Shown here: piece after piece, positions 16,115 to 24,475 of the stretch
How positions within the stretch are numbered: position 1 is the stretch's first letter
Layout: the number at the start of each line of letters is the position of its first letter
Virus record (IMG/VR): IMGVR_UViG_3300033475_000132
Coordinates: 1-25,898 of that record
Source of the DNA: a virus
Taxonomy: Duplodnaviria; Caudoviricetes
Direction: 5' to 3' (one strand)
DNA length: 25,898 nucleotides
Program-made: the position numbers and the translations under genes
Notes under the pieces: generated by a model
Database searches by the model: none
Told to the model about the DNA's origin: nothing
The model's input: the letters and a program-made list of their open reading frames with translations, nothing else

Positions 16115-16918
16115 ATGGGCAAAGGCGGCGGCGGAAGTACGCAAAGCTCTACACAGACAGTTACTCCATGGAGCGGGGTGCAACCTTTCCTCACGGACTA
16201 CCTGCAAAAAGGCCAGCAACAGTACGGGACTCCGTTCCAATACAATTCTGGTGACCAGATAGCCCCTTTTTCTCCTGAACAGCAGTATGGGCTTGCCATG
16301 ACTACTCAACGAGCGATTAACGGCTCCCCCGTGGTGAATGCTGCCCAACAGAATGCCTTGGGAACCTTGAACGGCGATTACATGAACCCAGATTCAAACC
16401 CTTGGCTCAAGAATACCGTTGATACTGCTCTCAACGATGTTACAGGCAGGGTTAATTCTCAATTCGGTAATAGCAACTTCGGTTCAAGTGCGAATCAGGA
16501 ACTCTTAACGAGAAACCTCGCTGATACTGCTTCCAATATCTACAGCCAGAACTACCAGAACGAACGCAATAGACAGATGCAAGATCAGGCTTTGGCTCCG
16601 ACATTAGGGCAGACCGATTACACCGATGCGCAAGCCCTGTTAGGCGTTGGCGGTGCACGGCAAGGACTCGCGCAGCAATACCTAGACCAAGCCAACGGCC
16701 TCTATAACAACTATATCGGCTACCCACAAGCGCAGTTAGATGCCTATGGCAATGTGATTCGTACCGGCATGGGCGTGGGTTCGAGTTCCACTTCAACATC
16801 CCCCAATCCGAACCAATCCAGCCCATTAGCCGGAGCGTTAGGCGGAGCAGCGACTGGCTTTAGTCTAGGTGGCCCGTGGGGTGCTGCCGCAGGCGGTCTA
16901 CTCGGTTTATTCAGTTAA
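16115..16918 (+). CDS. Ejection / DNA-transfer protein (small)
   Basis: AAAGGA SD; GKGGGGS-T/S-rich N-terminus, Gln/Asn-rich body, Gly/Ala hydrophobic C-terminus. Confidence 0.75.
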   Translation: MGKGGGGSTQSSTQTVTPWSGVQPFLTDYLQKGQQQYGTPFQYNSGDQIAPFSPEQQYGLAMTTQRAINGSPVVNAAQQNALGTLNGDYMNPDSNPWLKNTVDTALNDVTGRVNSQFGNSNFGSSANQELLTRNLADTASNIYSQNYQNERNRQMQDQALAPTLGQTDYTDAQALLGVGGARQGLAQQYLDQANGLYNNYIGYPQAQLDAYGNVIRTGMGVGSSSTSTSPNPNQSSPLAGALGGAATGFSLGGPWGAAAGGLLGLFS

Positions 16919-16927
16919 GGAAAAATC

Positions 16928-17308
16928 ATGGCATATCCAAATATCATCAATTACAACCACACCCCTTACCTCAATAACATGCCTGCCGGAGTGGCTAATT
17001 TTATCGGCAATAGTCCAATAAGTCCCAATGAGTTCAACTTCTACCAGAAAAATGGCTGGCTGAGTCCACTACAGTCTCAGAACTCGCAACAAACCCAAGC
17101 CCAGCCACAAGCCCCCATGTCTACACCTGGCTCTTTACAGAGCCAATTTAACCGTTTGACTGGACAAGCTTCTGACGCTCTAAACGGTGGACTATTGGGG
17201 TACATGCCGTCGCAACTAGTTTCTTCAGGCAGTAACCCGCAAACCTTCAATGCGCCTCAAGGCAGCTTCCGCTTCCCCTTCGGCCTGTTGAACGGTCAAG
17301 GAGGCTAA
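16928..17308 (+). CDS. Low-complexity Gln/Asn/Pro/Gly-rich protein in the ejection module
   Basis: TAAGGA SD; fills the gap between two ejection genes; very few charged residues. Confidence 0.65.
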   Translation: MAYPNIINYNHTPYLNNMPAGVANFIGNSPISPNEFNFYQKNGWLSPLQSQNSQQTQAQPQAPMSTPGSLQSQFNRLTGQASDALNGGLLGYMPSQLVSSGSNPQTFNAPQGSFRFPFGLLNGQGG

Positions 17309-17311
17309 GAC

Positions 17312-18733
17312 ATGGCCTTATTCAACTTCATGCCCGGAGAAACGGGCGGCAGTCCAGACCCATTAAACGGACTATTGTCCGGAAATGACCCATTACTGAA
17401 TATCGGCCTCGGTATCCTTGCGAATAACCAAGGGCATTACGGACGTTTCGGCCCCGCATTAGGACTAGGTGCACAGCAAGGCATACAAAATACGTTACAG
17501 CAACGTCACCAGCAACAACTGCAACAAATACAAGCCTTGCAGATGCAGAAGATGCAACGTGATGCAGATCAAGAAGCACGCCAACGCCAAGCCGAAGATG
17601 CACTATCTAAAGCCTTCACGGGTGCTTATACGCCGGGTGACAGCACGCCTAATATGGGCTTCATGGATGCCAACAATCAAGCCATGCAAGGCACAAATCC
17701 ATTGACTCCAGGCAATCCAACCGATGTGACTAATCCGAGCGTAACTCCGCAACAGAACTATCAATGGAACGCACAGCCTGGAAGCTTTAACACGCAAACG
17801 CTGTTACAGAATGTCATGAGTGACAATTCTATCCCCGGAGCTACCAAGTTCGCCTATATGCAAGGGTTAAAGAAAGACAACACGCCGATCAAGGTGGGTA
17901 AGGGCGAGAGTTTGGTCAATCCACAGACCTTCCAGCCTGTGTTTACCGCGCCTGAAGAAGCCAAGTATACATTTGCGCCTAACGGTCAGATTGTTGACCT
18001 CTCTAAACCCGATACGACGCAGAATTATGCCAAGCCTGATTTGCCTTCTGCTGTTCAGGAATACCAGTTCGCGCAAGGCCAAGGCTATCGAGGTTCGTTT
18101 AACGACTTCTTAATCAGTCAGAAGCGTGCAGGGGCTTCTAACGTCAATATCGACATGAAACAACAAGGCGAAGAGGCAAAGACTGTAGGGAAATACTTTG
18201 GCGACCAGTACGCTGACATTCAAAAAGCCGGGTTAGCGGCTACCGGAAAGATAAACAAGGTGAACCGCCTGAATCAACTATTGCAAGGCGTAGACACTGG
18301 AAAATTTACTCCAGCAGGCGTGGAAGTGGCTTCCGCAGCCCAATCGCTCGGACTGAATATCGATCCCAATTTAGGCAACAAACAAGCTGCCCAAGCCTTG
18401 TCGAACGAAATGGCGCTGGAATTGAGAAACCCAAGCGGAGGGGCAGGCATGCCGGGGGCGATGTCAGATCAAGACCGTGAATTCCTGCGCAGCATGACTC
18501 CTGGGATTGAAAAGACTCCCCAAGGTCGTCAACAGATTGCTAGCTCCATGACTGCATTAGCCCAACGCGATCAGGACGTTGCCCGTTTGGCTCGTGATTA
18601 CCGCAAGAAAAACGGCACGATAGACGAAGGATTCTACGAGCAGTTACAGCAATACTCCAACAGTCATCCGATGTTTCCCCAAGCAAAATCCAATCCGATA
18701 GATGATTTGGTCAACAAGTACAAGAGCAAATAA
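17312..18733 (+). CDS. Ejection / internal virion protein (middle)
   Basis: GGAGG SD; Gly-rich hydrophobic N-terminal segment, Gln-rich helices, GAMSDxDREFL motif. Confidence 0.75.
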   Translation: MALFNFMPGETGGSPDPLNGLLSGNDPLLNIGLGILANNQGHYGRFGPALGLGAQQGIQNTLQQRHQQQLQQIQALQMQKMQRDADQEARQRQAEDALSKAFTGAYTPGDSTPNMGFMDANNQAMQGTNPLTPGNPTDVTNPSVTPQQNYQWNAQPGSFNTQTLLQNVMSDNSIPGATKFAYMQGLKKDNTPIKVGKGESLVNPQTFQPVFTAPEEAKYTFAPNGQIVDLSKPDTTQNYAKPDLPSAVQEYQFAQGQGYRGSFNDFLISQKRAGASNVNIDMKQQGEEAKTVGKYFGDQYADIQKAGLAATGKINKVNRLNQLLQGVDTGKFTPAGVEVASAAQSLGLNIDPNLGNKQAAQALSNEMALELRNPSGGAGMPGAMSDQDREFLRSMTPGIEKTPQGRQQIASSMTALAQRDQDVARLARDYRKKNGTIDEGFYEQLQQYSNSHPMFPQAKSNPIDDLVNKYKSK

Positions 18734-20455
18734 ATGGCGACCATAAACGAGCTGCAAGACGCGCTAGTCAACGCGCACAACGCTGGTGATACGCAAGCGG
18801 CTAATCAATTGGCTGATGCGATTGTGGCGATGAATAATCAACCAGCACAGCCTGCTCCAGCCCCGGCTACCACCTCATCCGATACGCTCATAGCCGCAGC
18901 TAAAGAGCTGCCACGTCAACTAGGACTTTCGGCGCGGCATTTGGTTGAAGGTGGGGCGGATTTCATTGGCACTGTAACTGATCCAGTGATTAAAGCGATC
19001 AACGGCGTGATGCCAACACCGCAAGCAACCACACAGGACTTGATTACAGGCAATCGTCCACAACCTCGGCAATTCGCCACCATGCACGATGTCGGGAATA
19101 TGGTTTCCAATGCTATCGGACTTCCAGAACCTCAGAATGCAACGGAACGTGTAGTAGGAGACGCAAGCCGTATGCTAGTAGGCACTGGCGGACTGATGAA
19201 GGGCGCAGAAGCTTTAGGAAATCTTGTTAATTCTCCAGTCGTCAAAGGCGTGGCACAAAACATGATGGTGCGCCCTGGACTGCAAGCGGCGGGGGCGATA
19301 GGCTCAGGAACAGCAGGAGGCGCAGCCAGAGAGGCAGATGCCCCGCCAGCAGTGCAGTTTGGTGCATCATTACTCGGCGGCCTTGGAGTGCCTGTTGGCA
19401 CGGCGGGGATTGAAAGTCTATACAACAAGGCTAGAAATGCTGTTTCTGGCAATTTGCCGCAGTCTAGCCAGTTTGTCGTCCCACCATCAAAATCCAACCC
19501 AGGTATTGTTAATAATTTACTGGAAGGTTATGCAGGCAAGCTTACCACTGGCCAAGCCGCCTCATTAAAGAACCAACAGGTAATTAATGATCTGGTGAAA
19601 TCTGATTTAGGCATTCCGTCTAATGTTCCGGCTTCTGTGGATGTACTGAATAATATTCGCCGGGATGCTGGAGATGCTTACCAAGCGGTTAAAAACACAG
19701 GCAATGTGACCGCCGATAAGACCTATATGGATGCTTTGGACAATATCGCCAAGAACTACCAAGGCGCAGCTAAATCATTCCCCATGCTGGCTAAAAACGA
19801 TGTTGTGGACTTGGTGGATGCCATGAAAACACCGCAGTTTGAAGCAGGAGCCGGTGTGGATGCGATACGGGTGTTAAGAGACAACGCCAATAGTGCTTAT
19901 GCTAACGGGAATACTGCTTTAGGCAAGGCGAATAAGGAAATAGCCAATGCTTTAGAAGATCAATTAAGTCGCCATTTGGATGTTATAGGCGCGCCAGACG
20001 ATTTAATCAAGAATTTCCAGAATGCACGCCAGACTATTGCTAAAACATATTCTGCTCAGTCGGCTTTAAATCAAAGCACAGGTAATTTTGTGGGCGGCAA
20101 GCTTGCCAAACAGCTAGAAAAAGGCAAACCGTTATCTGGCGGCATGAAAGACGTTGCACAGTTCGCCCAAGCCAACCCAACCGCTGCACGGGAAATGCTT
20201 AGTTCTGCCCCTGGATTAAGCCCATTGGATTACGCGACAGGGATTATCGGCGCGGGTGCTTCTGGCAACCCATTGTTACTAACCGCAATGGCTGGCAGGC
20301 CAATGGTTAGAAGCCTACTACTATCGAAGCCTTATCAAAGTCTGTTAGCAACGCCATCGGCTCAAGCTGGCTATACAGGAACACCATTCCTACTTACACC
20401 AGGATTACTTTCTGGCCCTGAACAGCCAAGCGACAATAACAAACGCTACCAATGA
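18734..20455 (+). CDS. Ejection / internal virion protein (large)
   Basis: 573 aa, Ala/Gly-rich helical protein with ALxNAHxAGD N-terminal motif and Gly-zipper hydrophobic segments; last gene of the ejection module. Confidence 0.75.
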   Translation: MATINELQDALVNAHNAGDTQAANQLADAIVAMNNQPAQPAPAPATTSSDTLIAAAKELPRQLGLSARHLVEGGADFIGTVTDPVIKAINGVMPTPQATTQDLITGNRPQPRQFATMHDVGNMVSNAIGLPEPQNATERVVGDASRMLVGTGGLMKGAEALGNLVNSPVVKGVAQNMMVRPGLQAAGAIGSGTAGGAAREADAPPAVQFGASLLGGLGVPVGTAGIESLYNKARNAVSGNLPQSSQFVVPPSKSNPGIVNNLLEGYAGKLTTGQAASLKNQQVINDLVKSDLGIPSNVPASVDVLNNIRRDAGDAYQAVKNTGNVTADKTYMDALDNIAKNYQGAAKSFPMLAKNDVVDLVDAMKTPQFEAGAGVDAIRVLRDNANSAYANGNTALGKANKEIANALEDQLSRHLDVIGAPDDLIKNFQNARQTIAKTYSAQSALNQSTGNFVGGKLAKQLEKGKPLSGGMKDVAQFAQANPTAAREMLSSAPGLSPLDYATGIIGAGASGNPLLLTAMAGRPMVRSLLLSKPYQSLLATPSAQAGYTGTPFLLTPGLLSGPEQPSDNNKRYQ

Positions 20456-20482
20456 CCCTAGTTGTATCGGGTTGTAAGACAT
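20405..20482 (-). CDS. 25-aa single-pass membrane peptide MSYNPIQLGSLVAFVIVAWLFRARK (not in the ORF track)
   Basis: AGGAG SD 6 nt upstream, dedicated promoter, hydrophobic core plus basic C-terminus; its 3' end overlaps the ejection gene end in antisense. Confidence 0.75.
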   Translation of the reverse strand: MSYNPIQLGSLVAFVIVAWLFRARK

Positions 20483-20512
20483 TTTTTACTCCTGTTTGTT
20501 GAAGACGAAACA

Positions 20513-20541
20513 AACATACCCCCATTTATTTTATTAGTCAA
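20513..20541 (-). promoter_or_regulatory. Sigma70 promoter TTGACT-17 bp-TATGTT driving the antisense peptide gene
   Basis: -35 at 20541-20536, -10 at 20518-20513, exact 17-nt spacer, in an AT-rich intergenic gap. Confidence 0.75.
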
Positions 20542-20571
20542 ACTTTTTGATATGTTTGTGAAAGGTTCCCT

Positions 20572-21915
20572 ATGGCAGTTCCTTCCGTAATGTCGGATTT
20601 ATCGACGACCGCTGCATCAAATTCTCCCGCAGGCTCAGAGTCTCCAACGGCTGGCGATGACTTTATCCGTGCCATCTCTGCGATTCTTAGAGCCACTAAT
20701 GCCAAGGGCGCGGACATTGCCTCAGCCTCGACCACTGATATCGGCGCGGCTACGGGCGAGTTTGTTGATGTAACAGGTACAACCACGATCACCGCTCTAG
20801 GAACTATTGCTGCTGGGATTAGACGGACTGTAAGGTTTACCGGGGCTTTAACCTTAACCCATAACGCAACTTCATTAATACTTCCGGGTTCAGCCAACAT
20901 CACAACCGCAAATGGTGATGTCGCCGAGTTCAGGTCATTGGGATCCGGTAACTGGAAATGCGTGGATTACCTACCGCAAAGCGGCGCGGCTATTGGTGCT
21001 TTCGTAGACACTAACCCCATCGTTATCGGTTCAGCGGATGCCACTAAGAAAGTAAGGTTTGAAGTAGACGGACTGACTACCGCAACCACGCGAGTCATGA
21101 CACCCCCAGATAAAGATATTACCTTGGCTGGATTGGCGGATATTAACGGTGGGGCTAATTTAGGTAGCAAAGTGCAATCCGTAACCGCTACGCAAGCCTC
21201 CGGTGCATTGACACTGACCACTAATCCTACCGTGATGGATTTCCGCTCCACGACTCTGACAAGTGGAGCACCCAATACGCGCACGCTTTCATCTGCATCA
21301 TCGCTTGTCGTGCCATCCGGTGCAACTCTTGGGGTAGCGACAACGCTATCGGGAAGGCTGGTCAAAGGCTTGCTGGACAATGCCGGGACGCTGGAAGAAT
21401 TTGTGGTCAATCTGGCGGGGGGGAATAACCTGGATGAAACCACGCTCATTAACACGACCGCCATAAGCGCATCCTCTACAGCGGCAAATGTCATTTATTC
21501 AACGACAGCTCGAACTGGTGTTCCTTTCCGTGTTACTGGCTTTGTAGATGCGGTAAATACTGCTGGCGCATGGAGCAACCCGACATTGGTGCAAGGGATT
21601 GGTGGTCAAGCACTAGCGGCGCTCGCCAGTTTAGGGTATGGGCAGACTTGGCAGAACGTACTTGGCAGCAGAGCCTTCGGAACAACTTACACCAACACGA
21701 CTGGGAAACCAATTCAGCTATCTGTTTATGCGACGGCTACCGTAGGTGGGGTTATTTCGTACTCAATCAACGGTGTGATTCAAGGACAATCATCTCAGTC
21801 CGGAGGAGCCGGGTATGGGCTTGGCACCTTAACCCCAATAGTGCCGCAAGGAGCAACATATCTAGTAACAAATGTTACTAGCGCAACACTCGTCTATTGG
21901 TTTGAACTTCGCTAA
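20572..21915 (+). CDS. Tail fibre / receptor-binding protein
   Basis: N-terminal anchor (SNSPAGSE...DDFIRAI), Thr/Gly/Ala-rich modules, C-terminal GxGQTWQNV...RAxGTTYTNTTGKPI...WxELR domain; followed by a chaperone-like gene. Confidence 0.85.
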   Translation: MAVPSVMSDLSTTAASNSPAGSESPTAGDDFIRAISAILRATNAKGADIASASTTDIGAATGEFVDVTGTTTITALGTIAAGIRRTVRFTGALTLTHNATSLILPGSANITTANGDVAEFRSLGSGNWKCVDYLPQSGAAIGAFVDTNPIVIGSADATKKVRFEVDGLTTATTRVMTPPDKDITLAGLADINGGANLGSKVQSVTATQASGALTLTTNPTVMDFRSTTLTSGAPNTRTLSSASSLVVPSGATLGVATTLSGRLVKGLLDNAGTLEEFVVNLAGGNNLDETTLINTTAISASSTAANVIYSTTARTGVPFRVTGFVDAVNTAGAWSNPTLVQGIGGQALAALASLGYGQTWQNVLGSRAFGTTYTNTTGKPIQLSVYATATVGGVISYSINGVIQGQSSQSGGAGYGLGTLTPIVPQGATYLVTNVTSATLVYWFELR

Positions 21916-21924
21916 AGGCTAAAA

Positions 21925-22239
21925 ATGAAATACTTTAAAGACCCTTCCACAAATCAGCTCTATGCCTATGAGGCAGATGGTTCGCAGGATGCGTTTATCC
22001 CTGATTCCCTAGTGGCGATTACCGAAGAAGAAGCGGATGTGCTACGCGCAGACCCGCCACCCCCGCTTCCAACTACTATCGAGTTATTGGCCGAATCAGA
22101 CAAGTATATGTCACGCGCCTCGGAGGATTTGATTGTATCCTTGCTGGAAAAAGGTTCTATCCTAAAGACGGATATGCAGCAAATCGTGTGGGATAGGATT
22201 AATTACCGTCGCGGACTGCGTAATCAGCCTCCGGTATGA
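21925..22239 (+). CDS. Tail fibre assembly chaperone (putative)
   Basis: MKYFKD...YAYEADGSQDxFI...ITEEEA pattern; immediately after the fibre gene. Confidence 0.7.
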   Translation: MKYFKDPSTNQLYAYEADGSQDAFIPDSLVAITEEEADVLRADPPPPLPTTIELLAESDKYMSRASEDLIVSLLEKGSILKTDMQQIVWDRINYRRGLRNQPPV

Positions 22240-22267
22240 TGCAATCATTATTGCAGTTGGTGAAATA

Positions 22268-22648
22268 ATGGCACTCCATCCAAAGGACTACGGCAGTTGG
22301 TATGACAAGTACCTGAATATGTGGCCATTCATGATCGACGATACCAAGGTACATACCATCGGCATTGCCTGGATATTCAAAGAAGACGGTAAGTGGAACC
22401 TATGGCCTAGAGTCACAGGGAACCATCAATACTACAACGCTCAATTTTTCCTACGTCTAGGCTTTCCTTTGGCGGTCTTTTTTGGGATGCGCCTATCCAG
22501 TACCAGGCTCTTACAACTCGGGCTTGGCTGGAAACAAAACGGACGCTTTGCGATTCACCTCCGGTTCCAGACTGATGAGAGCGCAGCTATTGGCTCTACA
22601 TCTCCGAACTACGGGCAAGCCAGTGGCTGGGATTACGGAGAACACTAA
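22268..22648 (+). CDS. Hypothetical Trp/aromatic-rich protein
   Basis: 126-aa ORF filling the gap between the tail and lysis genes; GWK motif. Confidence 0.65.
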   Translation: MALHPKDYGSWYDKYLNMWPFMIDDTKVHTIGIAWIFKEDGKWNLWPRVTGNHQYYNAQFFLRLGFPLAVFFGMRLSSTRLLQLGLGWKQNGRFAIHLRFQTDESAAIGSTSPNYGQASGWDYGEH

Positions 22649-22677
22649 TAATTGTGATTAATTTTTAACTCGGGGAA

Positions 22678-22989
22678 ATGATGGAAGCCTTAACAATAAA
22701 AATGTTCGCTGCTCTTAAATGGTTATTCCCAGCAGTTTTGGGTTCAGCCTTTGCCGCCTATTCAGGAGAGCGACAGACTCCCGTTAAAACCTTTATCAGT
22801 TTTGTCAGCGGAGTAGTGACGGCAGCCATCTTTGGGGGCGCTGCAATCCAATACTGGTCGGTTCCGGTGGGTTGGTTGCAAGCCGCAATCTATTTCAGCA
22901 TCGGCTTATGGGGCATGGGGATTGTTATCCAAATCTCTGAAAAGACCCCGAACGCCATCGATGCCATAATCCAGAGACTCACTCGATGA
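22678..22989 (+). CDS. Holin-like membrane protein (about 3 TM segments)
   Basis: Three hydrophobic segments; GGGGA SD; first gene of the lysis cassette. Confidence 0.7.
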   Translation: MMEALTIKMFAALKWLFPAVLGSAFAAYSGERQTPVKTFISFVSGVVTAAIFGGAAIQYWSVPVGWLQAAIYFSIGLWGMGIVIQISEKTPNAIDAIIQRLTR

Positions 22990-23231
22990 ATACTATCTAC
23001 TTATTACTGGCGATCAGTTGCGTCGTCATGGAAATAAGCTCAAAGATCAATACCGACAACATTATCGAAAAGGTCGGGCTATCGGTCATTTTCCTTGGTT
23101 GCGTGATTAGCCTACAGGGAAGATGGAACCACCTTATCCCGATAGGGACTTGTGTCTATGTCGCTTCCGTTCTCTTGCGCGGATTGATTGCGACGCATAG
23201 ACGCAGGATGTCGGACAGAAAGGAAACATGA
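22986..23231 (+). CDS. Second lysis-cassette membrane protein (holin/antiholin-like)
   Basis: 2-3 hydrophobic segments, basic C-terminus (HRRRMSDRK), ATGA overlaps on both sides. Confidence 0.65.
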   Translation: MNTIYLLLAISCVVMEISSKINTDNIIEKVGLSVIFLGCVISLQGRWNHLIPIGTCVYVASVLLRGLIATHRRRMSDRKET

Positions 23232-23683
23232 TGGATGGTGCACAGCTCGTTAACATGCTGACTCAGCAGCTCATCGGCGAGGAAGGCGAACGCTTGACCG
23301 CTTATAAAGATAGTTTGGGGTTATGGACTATCGGTATAGGGCGCTTGATTGATTCAAATAGGGTGGGCGCAGGGCTGACCCATTACGAGTGCATTTATCT
23401 ACTCAATAACGATATTGAAAAGGTCAGACACCAGCTATCCATTAACATGCCGTGGACAACCTCACTGGATACTGTGAGATATGGGGTTCTGTGCAATATG
23501 TGCTTCCAGCTAGGTATCACTGGACTGATGAACTTCAAGAAGTTCCTGGAATTTGTACGAACGGGCGACTATGAACAAGCCTCCACGGAAATGCTCGATT
23601 CCAATTGGGCATCGCAAACCCCATCACGAGCCAATCGAATGTCGAAACAAATGTCCACCGGGCAATGGCAGATGCAAACATGA
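23228..23683 (+). CDS. Endolysin, T4-lysozyme-like muramidase (GH24)
   Basis: E-x8-D-x5-T catalytic pattern (EGERLTAYKDSLGLWTIGIG), NMCFQLG, and DSNWASQTPSRANR. Confidence 0.93.
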   Translation: MMDGAQLVNMLTQQLIGEEGERLTAYKDSLGLWTIGIGRLIDSNRVGAGLTHYECIYLLNNDIEKVRHQLSINMPWTTSLDTVRYGVLCNMCFQLGITGLMNFKKFLEFVRTGDYEQASTEMLDSNWASQTPSRANRMSKQMSTGQWQMQT

Positions 23684-23862
23684 TAACCCTTACTCTTGCC
23701 TTAGTCGCTCTAGTCGGCGCTTTCCTCTATCTCTGGCTGACCTCTAACCATCTGGATTACGAATCGTCGCTTAAAAGAGACGAGCAGATGATGATTATCG
23801 TGGTGCTTACTATTTTTGATCTGGTTTGCATGTCGGCGCTAGCCCTTTGGAGATTCTTCTAA
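23680..23862 (+). CDS. 60-aa two-TM membrane protein between endolysin and spanin
   Basis: Start reassigned to ATG 23680 (ATGA overlap); two hydrophobic helices; TAATG overlap with Rz. Confidence 0.65.
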   Translation: MITLTLALVALVGAFLYLWLTSNHLDYESSLKRDEQMMIIVVLTIFDLVCMSALALWRFF

Positions 23863-24362
23863 TGTTATTTCTCGAAACCTACTGGAAGCCCATTTTAACG
23901 CTCGCTATCGCATTAATTCTGTTTGCCTATATCAGCCTATTAAAACATGAAATAAAGAGCTTACGGAGCGATAACGCAAGCCTTACAGCTACTATCGCCC
24001 AAGTTAAAGCAGTGGGTGACCTGCAAAACGCGCAAACTAAGCAAAAAGAGCAAACAGCGCATGAAGTCGCCGTGAAAACAGCGCAGGAATTCTCCCAAGC
24101 CGCCCAACAAGTAAAGGATTATTATGCGAGCCATCCCGTTATCAAGCATGTTGTTAGTATTAAGCCTGTCAGCGTGTGTAACACCCCAACAAATACCAGT
24201 GGCAGCCAATTGCCCGACACGGGAGCCAGCCCCCAAGGAACTGATGCAGACCCCGCCGACCCAATACCTGCTCGATCAAGCCTTGAAGAAGCCTGCACCT
24301 TGACGACTTTGCAATTAGTGAAGTTGCAGGACTTCGAGCGGGGACAGGAAGCGATTAAGTGA
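23862..24362 (+). CDS. Rz: Inner-membrane spanin (Rz-like)
   Basis: Start reassigned to ATG 23862 (GGAG SD). N-terminal TM segment, periplasmic coiled coil, Pro-rich linker, C-terminal helix LQLVKLQDF; contains an embedded lipoprotein gene. Confidence 0.85.
   Translation: MLFLETYWKPILTLAIALILFAYISLLKHEIKSLRSDNASLTATIAQVKAVGDLQNAQTKQKEQTAHEVAVKTAQEFSQAAQQVKDYYASHPVIKHVVSIKPVSVCNTPTNTSGSQLPDTGASPQGTDADPADPIPARSSLEEACTLTTLQLVKLQDFERGQEAIK
24124..24303 (+). CDS. Rz1: Outer-membrane spanin lipoprotein (Rz1-like), fully embedded in Rz in the +1 frame (not in the ORF track)
   Basis: 59 aa MRAIPLSSMLLVLSLSAC-VTPQQIP...; lipobox LSAC, Pro-rich mature part, AAGGA SD. Confidence 0.88.
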   Translation: MRAIPLSSMLLVLSLSACVTPQQIPVAANCPTREPAPKELMQTPPTQYLLDQALKKPAP

Positions 24363-24475
24363 AAATCAAACTCCCATACCACAATGACGAAAATACCTTC
24401 ATTGAAGTTGAAGCCTCGTTAATCCTTATTGTTCTTGCTTGTCTTGGGTTGATGGCGTGGTATTTGTTTGGATAG
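24359..24475 (+). CDS. 38-aa peptide with C-terminal TM segment (not in the ORF track)
   Basis: GTGA overlap with the Rz stop, AGGA SD; MKIKLPYHNDENTFIEVEASLILIVLACLGLMAWYLFG. Confidence 0.5.
   Translation: MKIKLPYHNDENTFIEVEASLILIVLACLGLMAWYLFG

Noticed and set aside
22234-22255. Fur-box-like AATCATTAT sequence
   Set aside because: Only about half of the 19-bp consensus matches and no promoter is evident.
22678-22683. ATG ATG as a holin/antiholin dual-start motif
   Set aside because: No intervening basic residue as in lambda S (Met-Lys-Met), so no functional difference is expected.
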